Below, piece after piece: positions 10,457-23,797 of a stretch of 64,000 nt of DNA. A program made the position numbers and the translations under genes. Source of the DNA: Candidatus Eiseniibacteriota bacterium (lineage in GTDB: Bacteria; Eisenbacteria; RBG-16-71-46; CAVPCR01); the NCBI GenBank assembly GCA_963702435.1, contig CAVPCR010000001.1, positions 448,001 to 512,000 on the forward strand. Direction: 5' to 3'. Within the stretch, counting starts at the first letter, position 1, and every line of letters starts with the position of its first letter. The notes below the pieces were generated by a model that searched no databases, was not told where the DNA came from, and saw only the letters and a program-made list of their open reading frames with translations.

Positions 10457-10932
10457 TGGCGGAGCCGGGCCTCCTCGGCGGCGATGATGCGCATGACCTC
10501 GGCCGGCGTGCGCGCGCGGCGGAGGCTCTGCTGCAGCTCGCCGGAGTAGAGAAGGCGCGAGATCCGGGCCAGGATGCGCACGAAACCGCCGGGGCCGTCG
10601 GGCGCCACGATGAGGAAGAAGAGCCCGACCGGCTTGCCGTCGAGGCTCTTGAAGTCGATGTCCTCGTGGGTGCGCCCGAAGGCCATGGCCAGCTTGAGCG
10701 CGCCGCGCGACTGCGCATGCGGGATGGCCACCCCCGCGCCGACCCCGGTCGACATGAGCCGCTCCCGCTCGAGGATGTCCTCGACCACGGTCTTCGCGTC
10801 GCTCACGTGGCCGGAGCCGGCGAGCAAGGCCACCAGCGCCTCGATCACCGCGGTCTTGTCGCCGGTGGGGAGATCGAGCGCGATGTTCTCTTCGGCGAGG
10901 AGGTCGAGCAGGTTCATCACAGCGGAAGGCAT
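10453..10932 (-). CDS. PTS EIIA component (fructose/Ntr type)
   Basis: RERLMSTGVGAGVAIPHA (phospho-His motif), IDFKSLDGKPV. Confidence 0.93.
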   Translation of the reverse strand: MPSAVMNLLDLLAEENIALDLPTGDKTAVIEALVALLAGSGHVSDAKTVVEDILERERLMSTGVGAGVAIPHAQSRGALKLAMAFGRTHEDIDFKSLDGKPVGLFFLIVAPDGPGGFVRILARISRLLYSGELQQSLRRARTPAEVMRIIAAEEARLRQ

Positions 10933-10957
10933 GGCACGCCCCGAATGCGAGGGATCG

Positions 10958-10981
10958 AAAAAAACCGGGGACGCCCCCCGG
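10958..10981 (-). terminator. Intrinsic terminator inside the leader of the EIIA-vanZ-hisS-aspS operon
   Basis: CCGGGG/CCCCGG stem followed by T7 on the minus strand, about 25 nt before the ATG. Confidence 0.7.
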
Positions 10982-11031
10982 GATCGAGCTCTAAGCCTCT
11001 GGACTCGGCGCCCGACGTCGTAAGCCTTGAA

Positions 11032-11060
11032 ACCATAAGCGGACAGGGGGCGAGTGTCAA
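11032..11060 (-). promoter_or_regulatory. Sigma70-type promoter TTGACA-N17-TATGGT
   Basis: Near-consensus boxes with 17-nt spacer. Confidence 0.7.
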
Positions 11061-11162
11061 GGCAGGGCCCCTCGCGAGGGGCCCGGAGAGCGGCGAGGGA
11101 AGAGCGCGCAGGGGCCCCGGGGGGCCGCGGGGCATGGCCTGAAACGAGCCGGAAGACTCACC

Positions 11163-11933
11163 CTAGCGCTGCCCGAACACCACCGGGAAGCGGGTCCACA
11201 TGGCGATCGGCGCCCCGTCACGGGTGGCCGGCTGGAAGCGGAGCTGCCAGGCGCTCGCGATGGCCGCCGCCTCGCAGCTCGGGCAGCCGCTCGGCGTCTC
11301 CACCTCCACCACGTCGACCCTGCCCTCCGCGGTCACATGCACCGCCAGGACGATCGGCACCTTGAGCTGCTTCCTGGCCGCCCTGGGGAACTCGGGCCAG
11401 ACCATGGCCACGATGACCGGCGGCTCGACGATCCCGGCCGCCGTCCCGGTTCCGGAGCCGGTTCCGGAGCCGGTCCCCGCCCCGGATCCACCGCCCTCGC
11501 CCGCCCCGGCACCCGCGACCGGGCCCGCGGGGCCGGCCGGCACCTCCGTGGCCGGCCCGGCCGCCCCCTCCTCCGCGGTCTCCGCCGCCCGGGCATCCGG
11601 GGCCGGCGCCGCCGGAGGGAGCGCCACCACCACATCGCTCGGCGCCGACTCCGGGACCGGGGGCGGCGCCGGCACCGCGGCCGGCATCGAGAGCGGGACC
11701 TCGAGCTCGATCACCTGCATGCGGAGGCTCCCGAGCGGGACGAGGAGGCCGCGGGCGCCGGGGTCCGCCCCCTCCGCCCCGGCGATCGGGACGAGCGGCA
11801 CCGCCGCCGGCCGCGCCGGCACCTCGATCGACGCCACCGGGAGGAGGAAGACGAGGAGGACATGGATCGCGAGCGAGGCGAGGAGGAACGGCGCGAGCGG
11901 GCTCGTCAGATCGTCGGTGCGGAGGGCATCCAT
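11163..11933 (-). CDS. TonB-family energy transducer
   Basis: N-terminal TM SLAIH motif, Pro/Ala/Gly-rich linker, C-terminal VTAEGRV...LRFQPATRDGAPI...PVVF. Confidence 0.85.
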   Translation of the reverse strand: MDALRTDDLTSPLAPFLLASLAIHVLLVFLLPVASIEVPARPAAVPLVPIAGAEGADPGARGLLVPLGSLRMQVIELEVPLSMPAAVPAPPPVPESAPSDVVVALPPAAPAPDARAAETAEEGAAGPATEVPAGPAGPVAGAGAGEGGGSGAGTGSGTGSGTGTAAGIVEPPVIVAMVWPEFPRAARKQLKVPIVLAVHVTAEGRVDVVEVETPSGCPSCEAAAIASAWQLRFQPATRDGAPIAMWTRFPVVFGQR

Positions 11934-11940
11934 CCCCTCG

Positions 11941-14035
11941 TCACTCCGCGCGCCGGAAGGTGAGCTCGCGCCGCGCGGATCCGCCGCCGACGAGATCGGT
12001 CACCTCGAGCTCGAGATGGTAGCGGTCGGCCGGGAGCGTGGACACGTCGATCGCCATGTTGCGGCGCACGGTGGAGCCCGCTCCCTCCTCGAAGAAGCTC
12101 GACTCGATGAAGGTCTTGGCGCGGAACGCATTGCCGAGGCGGGTGAAGATCGAGTTCCCCTCGCGGTCGGCCGGCGTGATGCGGTAGTGGACCTCGTAGC
12201 GGCTCTGCCCGCCCGGGCTCGCACCGTCCGCGGGCGCGGGCACGAGATGGTAGATCTCGAAGTAGAGGACGAGGCGCTCGTCCCCGCGCACTTCGCCGGT
12301 CGCGTTCGGCACGACGTTCAAGCGGCCCTTCTCGAACGGCGCCGGACCGGCCGGCGCGATCGTGAAGGCGAGCTCCGGCGTCGAGAGCGCGATTCCTACC
12401 TCACCGAACCGCCGGATCTCGATCGCGCGCATCGCCGTGCCCACCACCGCCCCCGCGTCGCCCTCGATCTGGCTCGCGATCATGTAGGACCCGGGCCGGA
12501 GCTCGAAGTCGGTCTGATGCACGAGCGCGCGGTCGGCGGCGCCGGCCAGGTGCGCCCGGTCGAGATCCACGTCCTCCTCGCGCCGCGCCACCTCGTTCCA
12601 GCGATCGTCGAAGACCACGGTCCCCGCGGCGAGCGTGGTCCCCTGGTAGCTCGCGAGCGAGTCCGCAGGCAGGGCCATGTAGACCTCGGCGCGCGTGCGC
12701 GCGGCATCCACCTTGAACTCGCCCACGGCGAGGGCCGGCGTGATCCAGCGCCCGCCGTAGTCGTGGGCGTAGGACTGCGGGAGATTGTACGCGGCGAGAT
12801 CGGCGCCGGTGGGGAGACCGGTGAACGGGTAGTAGAACATCCCGTTCAGCGCCATGTCGTAGAAGGTGGCCTCGAGCGGGACGCCCGCGGCCGCGTAGAC
12901 ATGGTACCAGCCGGGGAAGGAGAAGAAGAGAGCGCGGCTCCCCTGGATGTACTCGATGTAGAGCGGCTTCCCGTAGCGGATGAGCATCTCGCCGCGGGAC
13001 GTGTCGTAGCCGCGCCTGTCGAAGCGTGGCACCGCGTACATGAGGTCGGCCATCACGACCCGGCGGTAGTGCTCGACCTGGCGCTCGTTGACGCGGGTCA
13101 CCGGCAGAGGGTCCTTCGAGCGCCAGAAGGCGCGCAGGAAATCCTCGCGCTCGTCGGGGACCATCGTCGCGTAGCGCTCCTCCTCGTAGGGGCTCGCGAT
13201 GAGGCTCAGGTCCGTGAACGGCCGGCGCTCCGCATCGGTGAGGAGCGAGAGCGCACGATCGAAGGAGGCCGCCGCGTCGGGATAGGTGCCCGGGCGCGCG
13301 AGACACGTCCCGGCGAGCGCGGCGAGCCAGCCGTCCGCGGGCCACTGCTCCCGCATCCGCTCGAGCACCGCGAGCGCAGCCTCGAATTGGCTCCCGAGCG
13401 TGTAGGCCTCGGCGAGCAGGAGCTGCGCGTCATGATCGTCGGGCAGGGCGTTGGCCGCGCGCGCGAAGTGCCCGAGTGCGGCATCGTAGTCGCCGGGCAG
13501 GCAGTAGCGGCGGAAGAGCGCGAGATGGTAGCGCCCGAAGGCGAGGTGGCCGCCGGGATGGTCGGGATTGTCAGCGAGGAGCTCGTCGAGCTCCTGGCGG
13601 GCCTCGCGCTCGAAGCCGCGGTCGAGGAGGACCTCGGCGAGATCGAAACGATAGTCGGGATTCTCGGGATCGAGCTCGACCAGCTCGCGCAAGGCGCGCT
13701 CGGCGATGCGGCGGCTCTCGATCGTGTCGGTACGCCGGCAGGCCTCGACGAGGAGCCGGCGCGCCGCGATCGAATCGCGGCGGTGCCAGGCGAGCTTGTC
13801 GAGCCCATGGATGGTCGTGGCGGCCGCCCCGGAATCGATGGCCGCGCTCGCGGCGGCGAGATCCCGGTCGAGCTCGCGGTCGTCCACCGATGAACCAGGA
13901 GCACCCGGACGCTACGGCGAGCGCGGCGGCGAGGGCGAGGCCGAGCGCTGCGGCGCGGACCCGCGGGGCCAGACCCCGGCGCGGTCCCGGACCGGGAGGC
14001 GCCATCGGAACTGCCGTCCACTCACCGGGTACCAT
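11941..14035 (-). CDS. TPR + GWxTD-domain putative lipoprotein; apparent frameshift near 13890
   Basis: TPR repeats; FWRSKDP...NERQVEHYRR; GYDTSRGEMLIRYGKP. Lipobox ALAVASG-C is in a different frame just upstream of the main 11941-13887 ORF; start uncertain (14005 or 14035). Confidence 0.75.
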
Positions 14036-14204
14036 GGGTCGACTCACCCCTTTGCGCCTCGTCCGCGAGCTCATCGTGCGCGGGCCGCCGCTCCCCCTGT
14101 TCATACGGAAAGGGCTGGGCTCCCAGATGCGGATTTGCTGCCGCCGTTTCGACCGGCGAGCCCCGAGTTCGCCCCGCGCCACGCGCGGGCACGGCCCCGG
14201 AACG

Positions 14205-14234
14205 AGGCTAGGAAGCCGCCGGCCGCGGTGTCAA
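14205..14234 (-). promoter_or_regulatory. Sigma70-type promoter TTGACA-N18-TAGCCT for GWxTD/tonB
   Basis: In the divergent intergenic region; a TGCTATTCT extended -10 on + near 14264 may drive the C25 gene. Confidence 0.55.
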
Positions 14235-14335
14235 GCGCACCTGCCGCCCCCGGCCCCACCCCGTGCTATTCTCGGCCGATTTTACGCCTCGAACGAGGGC
14301 TCCCGACCGGGAGAACCCATGATCCCAGGGTGGCC

Positions 14336-17300
14336 ATGAACTGGAAGACCTTGCTTCGACTCGTCATCGTTCCCTGCCTCCTGCCGGCGCTGGCCCCGGC
14401 CCTGGCTCTCGCGGCTCCGGCGCCGATCGCCTCGGTTGCCGAGCGCGGCGAGGACGGCGTCACCTTCGTCGTCGAGCTGCCGGCGCTCCGCGAGACTCCG
14501 GTCAAGATCGCCGGGGAGTCCTTCGTCGCGGTCGGCGCGGCCGGCTTCGGCTCCCTCTCGACTCCCGGGCTGCCTGCCCTCCCCTTCCGCACCTTCACGA
14601 TCGCCGTGCCGGCGGGTCGCGAGCCGGTGCCGCAAGTGACGGTGCTCGCAAGCGAGACGCTGGCGCTCGTGCCGGCGCCGGCGAGCGAGCCGTACATGGA
14701 GGTGGGCGGAGACGAGGGCACGGCCACCCCGGCCCTTCGCGACAAGGTGGATCGCGCCTTCTACGCGGGCGGGGAGCCCTATCCGGCGCTCCGCCACGAG
14801 GCCGGGCGCCTCTCCTGGCTCCGCCAGCAGCAGGTCTTCGATCTCACGGTCTATCCCGTGCGCTACGACCCGGCCCGGCAGACGCTCGAGGTCGCGCGCC
14901 GGATCGAGGTGCGGGTGGACTTCCGGCCGGTGGCCGGACGCGCCGCGCTGCCCGCGCGCCTTCCCGCGCCGAGCTTCGAGCGCGGCTTCGAATCGGTGTA
15001 CCGCAACACGATCGTCAACTACGAGAGCGCGCGCAGCTTCCGGACCGGGCCGACCCTCGAGGCGAGGGCGCAGGGCATCGGCGCGCGCGGCGTGGCCGAC
15101 GAGCTCAAGATCCAGGTCACGGCGGGCGGGCCGACGCGCTTCTCGTACGAGCAGCTCGCGGCGGCGGGCCTCCCGGCGGGGCTCCCGATCGCGAACCTCG
15201 GCCTCTGGGAACGACGCTACGTGGATGCGCCGCCGCCCGCCGAGAACTTCGTCCGCGACCCCTTGCCGATCACGGTCGAGGACCGGAACCAGAACGGGGT
15301 CTTCGACGCGGGCGACTGGATCACGGGGTTCGTGCGCGGCTATCGCGAGCGGGTCGGCCCCGATCCCTACTACCACCGCTTCACCGAGTCGAACGTGGCG
15401 TGGGTGTCGTGGGATGCGCCGGGCGGAGCGCGCATGGAGACGCGCGCGGGCTGGTTCGATCCGGCCCCGCCGGCGGCGCCGCCTCCTTCCCCGACACGTT
15501 CCGCTTCGAGGAGGACCTGGTCTACTTCAACTATGCGCCGCGGACCGCGACCTCACCTTCCTACGCGGCGCACGAGACCGTTCTCCCCTGGTACCTGACA
15601 CGCCACTTCCCGCGGCCGGACCTCAACGATCCCTACTGCGGCGACCCGCAGTGCGCGACCTTCCTCTTCCCGTACTCGCTCTCCGACGTGGACGAGAGCC
15701 AACCGATCCGGGCTCGTGCGCAGATGGTGTCCGGGCTCGACGGCTTCTATCACCTCGGGTCCTTTCTCATCCAGAGCCCGGGCCGCGAAGACACCCTCGC
15801 CACGCGCTGGGCGTTCCGCGGGCATCTCGCGATCGGCACCTGGGAGAGCGACCCCTTCCCGGCGGCGAACTTCACCCGCCCGAGCTCGAGCTTCAAGTTC
15901 GTCGGTGAGCGCAAGTCGGTGCAGGACACGACCCAGATCTTCACCTACGCCGCCGCCCAGTTCGACTGGTTCGAGATTCTCTATCAGCACCTCTACCGCG
16001 CGCGCGGCGATCGCCTGCTCTGCACCTCGGGTGCGGCGACCGGCCCTGCCGAGTTCACGATCGCGGGCTTCACGAGCGCCGACATCGCGGTCCTCGATGT
16101 GACCGACTTCTTCGCGCCGGTCGCCCTGACCGGGACCCAGGTGAGCGGCGGCGGCGGCAACTACACCGTCCGCTTCCGCGACCTGGTCGCAACCCCGCGC
16201 CGCTACGCTGCCTTCGTGCGCGGGGCCGGCGAGATCACAGTCGCCGACTCGGCGATCCGGCGCGTCGTCCCCACCTCCCTCGCGAGCCCCGCGGTCGAGC
16301 CCGACTACGTGATCGTCGTCCCCGACGTCGCGGACATCGACGGCGACGGATCGCCGGACGATTTCAGCGAGGCAGCCGGCCGGCTCGCCGCGCACCGCGC
16401 GACCCAGGGGCATGCGACGGCGGTGGTCCGCCTCTCCGACCTCGAGGACGAATTCGACGGCGGCCTCCATCGCCCATTCGCCATCCGCAACTACCTCCGG
16501 CACGCCTTCGCCCACTGGACGGAGCCCCCGATGTACCTCCTCCTCGCCGGCGATGCCTCGGACGACTACCGGAACAAGGTGCCGACCGGGCTCGACGTGG
16601 TGCCGAGCCAGACCATCTTCGGACCCGTCTTCGGCGACGTGGATCTCGAGCTCGTCTCCTGCGACGCGTGGTTCGTGGCAGGGTTGCCGCCCGGCGACGA
16701 CGAGTTCGATCTGCACATGGACATGGCGGTCGGGCGGCTCCCGGCGCAGTCGGCGGCCGAGCTCGGCCTCATGGTGGACAAGACCATCCGCTACGAGGAG
16801 TTCGATCCGGGCGATCGCTGGCGCGCGAAGACCTTGACGATCGCCGATGACGCGTGGTCCTCGACCATCAGCTTCAGCGCGCAGTACCGCTACCGGGCGA
16901 GCGAGGAGATCTTCGGTGCGATCTGCGACGGAATCGACGCCATGGTCGAAGGGGGTTCGGGAGTCGGCGACCTGATCGAGACGCGGGCGATCCGCCTCGC
17001 GGACTACTCAGACCAGCTCCCCAATCCGCACACCCCGGGCGAGGCGCAGGCGCACTTCGACACGACCGGATCGCCGATCCTCTACCAGCTCATCTCCGAG
17101 GGGAACGTGATCATGAACTACCAGGGGCATGCCAACCGGCATCTCCTGGCCCACGAGCGCATCTTCTCCTCCGAGTTCGACCGCGACCAGGATCGCTGGA
17201 ACAACCTCGGCCGGCCCGGCATCTGGTTCTTGTATTCCTGCCACCCGAACCACTACAGCGAGATCAACGAGCGCATCGGGAACGTGGTCGGCGGGCGCGA

Positions 17301-18531
17301 GCGGTCCCTCGGCGAGCTCCTCGTCTCGCTCGAGAACCGCGGGCTCGTCGCCACCATCGGCTCGACGGGCTTCGAGTGGCTCCCGGCCGGGCTCGCCCAG
17401 GGCCCGCCCTACCAGTTCGATTTGAACACCCCGCAGTGGGAGGCCTTCTTCCTGACGCCGCCGACCGAGAATCCCGCCGGCGAGCCGGTCGGCGCCCGCT
17501 GGATCCTCGGCGAGGTCACGAACCTCGCGAAGGAGATCTACAACCAGCAGGACGCGACCAAGGGCCCGATCTTCACCTACTGCACACTCGGCGATCCGGC
17601 GCTCCGCATCGATGCCATCCCGCCGCTCTTCGCGGTGACCGCCGCCGACACCGTGCGGGCCCCCGGGAGCCGCCTCGAGAGCTTCGCCGCCGGCTCCGAC
17701 ACGGTCACGGTCGAGGCCGAGATCCGCGACGAGGTGCGGATCGCGACCGCCGAGGTCGTCGAGCGGAACGACGCGGGCCCGATCGCGGTGGATCCCGCGC
17801 TCTGGCAGGTCACGGCGCCTGATGACCGGCGGCGCCTCGTCACCTATCGCGCTCCGCTCCGTCCCGACAACTACGAGATCGTGCTCCGCGCCACCGACGC
17901 GAACGGGCGCACGATCGAGTTCCCGCTCGTCGTGCGCACCGACGTGAGCTGGCGCGCCAACGGGGCGCCGATCTCCGGCGGCGACTTCGTCGCCTCGAAC
18001 GCCACGATCGAGATCGAGGTGCACTCGCCGGTCGGCTTGACCGCGACCGACTTCCGCCTCCTCCTCGACGGGGCGCCGATCTCCGGCGTCGTCGCCCAAA
18101 GCGCCGATCCGCTCGCGAAGAACTGGCGTCTCGCCGCGAGCGCGGTCCTCCCCTCCGGGGACCACGACCTGACGCTCGAGGTGCGCGACGGCGCGGTCGC
18201 CGGCCTCTCGAGCACGGTGAACGTGCGGGTCGGCGGTTTCGAGCTCGAGAACGTGGCCGCCTATCCGAACCCGTTCGACGAGTTCACGGCCATCAGCTAC
18301 CAGCTCGGGAGCCCGGCCGACGAGGTCGTGATCCGCATCTACACGGTCTCCGGGCGCTTCATCAAGGAGATCCAGGGCTCACGCCAGGTCGGCTACGCGC
18401 AGGTGGGCTGGGACGGTCTCGACGACGACCACGACGAGGTGGCGAACGGCACCTACGTGTATCGGGTCACCGCCCGGTGGCCGCTCGAAGCGGACGAGTT
18501 CACCGGCCGCCTCGTGCGCGCGCGCGACTGA
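14336..18531 (+). CDS. PorU-like peptidase C25 (gingipain family) with propeptide and FlgD-Ig C-terminal domain; frameshift near 15470
   Basis: Signal peptide MNWKTLLRLV; C25 propeptide (PGLPALP, VYPVRYDP); LLLAGDASDD, MAVGRLPA, YQGH, YSC, LGDPAL; tail YPNPF..IYTVSGR..WDG..NGTYVYRV; split across ORFs 13706-15598 and 15400-18531. Confidence 0.85.
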
Positions 18532-18561
18532 GGCGCGTGCCGCTCGCACGCGCCTCGGGGC

Positions 18562-18591
18562 TTCGCACCGGGTGGACCGCGGTGGTATAAT
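18562..18591 (+). promoter_or_regulatory. Extended -10 promoter TGgTATAAT
   Basis: Perfect TATAAT preceded by TG, about 95 nt upstream of the GGDEF gene. Confidence 0.6.
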
Positions 18592-18684
18592 CAACAAGCG
18601 CCGAGAGCCGGCGCGGCCGGCCGGCCCCCGCCGTGGGCGGGACGCCCGGGACCGCCGATCGACCGCCCACCCGACCAGCAGCGC

Positions 18685-20007
18685 ATGCGCACGCAAGAGA
18701 CCAACTTCGTCGAACTACTCCGGAGCGTGCTCCCCGTCGACCAGCTCTCCCCCGAGCTCAGGCACCGGGTCGATCAGGTGCTGGCCGGAACCGGAGAAGA
18801 GACGGCTGCGGCGGTCGGCGCCGCGGTCCTCCGCGAGCTAGAGGGCCGGGGGCTCGTTCGCTCCTCCGACCTGGGCGAGGGCCGCCGCCGCTTCCAGGAT
18901 CTGGCGACCGGCGCGGTGATCACGATCCGCCTTCCCGCTCCGGCCGCCGGCGCCCTGACCACGATCCCGCTCCCGCTCGCCCCGGCCGGTGCCGCGGCGA
19001 GCCTCGAGACGACCCGCGAGCTCCTCCTTCTTGCGAGCCGCATCCTCACCGCGGACGGGACGCGCGTCGCGGAGAAGGAGCAGCTCGTCCCCCTTCTCCT
19101 CTCCTTCACGCGCCAGGTGCTCGCCTGCGACGACGTGCGCTTCCTGACCCTCGAGCGCGACGGCGAGGGCTTCTCGCCGCTCGCGGGCTCCGGCTCCCCC
19201 TTCGCCGCGGCGCTCGAGAACGAGTGGGGCCCGGCCCGCGGGCACATCCTCCTCGTCCGCGATCTTGCCGGCGGCGGCAGCAGCGGCACCATGCGCACGG
19301 CGGCGGCCATCCGGCTCGGCCGCCCCGGCGATCCGGTCTGCGGCGTGATCGAGGTCTACTCCAACCGGCCCGGCCACTTCACGCGCGAGCGGCTCGCCCT
19401 CCTCGAGCTCATCGCCGAGACCGGGCGCGAGCTCCTCACCAACATCGCGCGGCTCCAGGAGCTCGTGTTCATCGACTCGCGCACGCAGATCTTCAACAAG
19501 GCCTTCTTCGATATCCAGTTCGCGAATCTCCTGGCGCGGGCCCGGCGCGACGGGCGACAGCTCGCCCTCGCGCTCATCGACGTCGACGACTTCAAGGCGT
19601 TCAACACGCGCTACGGCTACGCCGGCGGCGATCAGGTGCTCCACCGCGTCGCGCAAATCCTGAAAAGTCAGGTGCGGCCCTTCGACTGCGTCGCGCGCTG
19701 GGGCGGCGAGGAGTTCACGGTCGTCCTCGCTCCGCCGGTCGAGCCGGACGATGCGCGCGCGATCTGCGACCGGCTCCGGCGCGCGGTGCAGCAGACGACC
19801 GTTCTGGTCCCCGGCCTCGACGGGAAGGAGCACCGGACGAGCGTGACCGTGTCGGTGGGCGGAGTGCTCTATCCCGACGACGGCGGCACCACCGAGGAGC
19901 TGTGGCGCCGCGCGAACGAGGCGCTCCTCATCGCCAAGAACCAGGGCAAGAATCGCGTCCACTTCCGCCCGCACGAGCGCCGCGATCTCCGCGTCGCGCC
20001 GGCCTAG
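18685..20007 (+). CDS. GAF-GGDEF diguanylate cyclase
   Basis: DVDDFKAFN, RPFD I-site five residues before GGEEF; GAF-like GVIEVYSNRPGHF. Confidence 0.93.
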   Translation: MRTQETNFVELLRSVLPVDQLSPELRHRVDQVLAGTGEETAAAVGAAVLRELEGRGLVRSSDLGEGRRRFQDLATGAVITIRLPAPAAGALTTIPLPLAPAGAAASLETTRELLLLASRILTADGTRVAEKEQLVPLLLSFTRQVLACDDVRFLTLERDGEGFSPLAGSGSPFAAALENEWGPARGHILLVRDLAGGGSSGTMRTAAAIRLGRPGDPVCGVIEVYSNRPGHFTRERLALLELIAETGRELLTNIARLQELVFIDSRTQIFNKAFFDIQFANLLARARRDGRQLALALIDVDDFKAFNTRYGYAGGDQVLHRVAQILKSQVRPFDCVARWGGEEFTVVLAPPVEPDDARAICDRLRRAVQQTTVLVPGLDGKEHRTSVTVSVGGVLYPDDGGTTEELWRRANEALLIAKNQGKNRVHFRPHERRDLRVAPA

Positions 20008-20039
20008 TGCTGACCGGCGGGTCGAGGCGGCGCGCCGCT

Positions 20040-22667
<2,628 letters not shown>

Positions 22668-22712
22668 GGGCTCTATCCTCCTCCCCCGGGACGTGCGCCC
22701 GGAAAGGACCAA

Positions 22713-22742
22713 GGGCCGAGAGCTCTCTCGAGCTCTCGGCCC
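22713..22742. repeat. Perfect 13-bp inverted repeat upstream of clpB
   Basis: GGGCCGAGAGCTC-tctc-GAGCTCTCGGCCC. Confidence 0.8.
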
Positions 22743-23031
22743 CTGCCGATGCCGTCCGGACCTTGAGGGGGGTCCCGCCGCCTTAAGCTTCGCCCGGCCG
22801 GCCGGGGAGCGATCACCCCGACCGGGCCGGCCGCCGCGATGGCGGCTAACTGGGCGTCCTTCGCCTTCCCGACCTCGGATGCGCGCCGGAAAGCCCATGG
22901 GGACTCTCCCCGCCGCGCGAACGGCGATCCTCGATCGCCGTCAGGTCAGGCGCGGTCCGTTGCGATCCGCCGCGCACCGGCCATCGGGCCGGCCGTCGCC
23001 CTCCGGCGACTGCCCGCGGGGGCGCGAGAGC

Positions 23032-23661
23032 TTACTGCCCGTAGGACGCCTTGATCTGCCCCCACGTGGCCGGCTCGACCGCCTGCGGAACGCACGCGCA
23101 GGTGTCTGTACCGTCCTCGCCGACGCAGATCTTGCCCACGTTATCGGCGCGGAGCGGCATCACGTCGCTGCCGTTGATGACGTGATTACCGAACGGATAG
23201 GACGACTCGATGATCGAGAGGCAGCCCGTGCCGATCGAGTTGAACACCATCACGCCGACCGGGGCGAGCGCACCGCCGGAGATGAAGTTGAAGGCGGTCG
23301 TGATGCTGCCCGTGGTCGGCCCCGCCGCCGTGGGCTGCACGGCCGAGAGCTGACCTGGCTGGCAGGTCCAAAGACCGAAGCCGAAGGCCCAGGTCACGGG
23401 CCAGTCGAAGGCCACCTGGACGCCGTTCGTGTTGTCGTAGTTCTTGAGGTACATGACGACCGTGTACAGGCCAGCCGGGGTGTCGATGCGCACGGTCGGG
23501 AGGACCGCCGTGCAGTCGAGGTCCGTCTGGCAATCCGTGTCGATGCCCGAGATGGCATGCAGCACGACGGTCGTGCAGTTGTTCGTAGTCTGAGCGGAGG
23601 CCACCCCGCCCAAGGCGAGCAGAGCTCCGAGGACCACCGCAGCGAAAGCGAAGCGCATCAC
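23032..23661 (-). CDS. Secreted Cys-rich beta-sandwich (cohesin-like) protein with C-terminal TWGxIK tag
   Basis: Signal peptide (ASA-Q); ends QAVEPATWGQIKASYGQ; clear paralog of 33714-34328. Confidence 0.85.
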   Translation of the reverse strand: MMRFAFAAVVLGALLALGGVASAQTTNNCTTVVLHAISGIDTDCQTDLDCTAVLPTVRIDTPAGLYTVVMYLKNYDNTNGVQVAFDWPVTWAFGFGLWTCQPGQLSAVQPTAAGPTTGSITTAFNFISGGALAPVGVMVFNSIGTGCLSIIESSYPFGNHVINGSDVMPLRADNVGKICVGEDGTDTCACVPQAVEPATWGQIKASYGQ

Positions 23662-23767
23662 GCGTTACCCTCCATGGTTCTGGAGACCAAACCGTCCCGG
23701 ACCGAGCGGCCCCCGGGGACGCTCGTTCCCCCACTGGCGACACCCCCCTCAGGGATAGTCGCGGGGG

Positions 23768-23797
23768 AGGCTACACGCCGCCAGGGAGAAGGGTCAA
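23768..23797 (-). promoter_or_regulatory. Sigma70-type promoter TTGACC-N18-TAGCCT
   Basis: Upstream of the TWG-tag gene, which has a GGAGGG SD. Confidence 0.5.

Noticed and set aside
6748..10718. Long N-terminal extensions on aspS and hisS (also ileS, clpB, smpB, yggS, ssb) in the ORF track
   Set aside because: Artefacts of longest-ORF calling; they overlap upstream genes or RNAs, and better coupled starts exist
10933..11030. T-box or His leader peptide for hisS/aspS
   Set aside because: Too short, no T-box consensus and no His-codon run
22762..22787. CTTGAG...CTTAAG as an HspR HAIR operator for clpB
   Set aside because: Spacing and second half-site do not match CTTGAGT-N7-ACTCAAG; no CIRCE either
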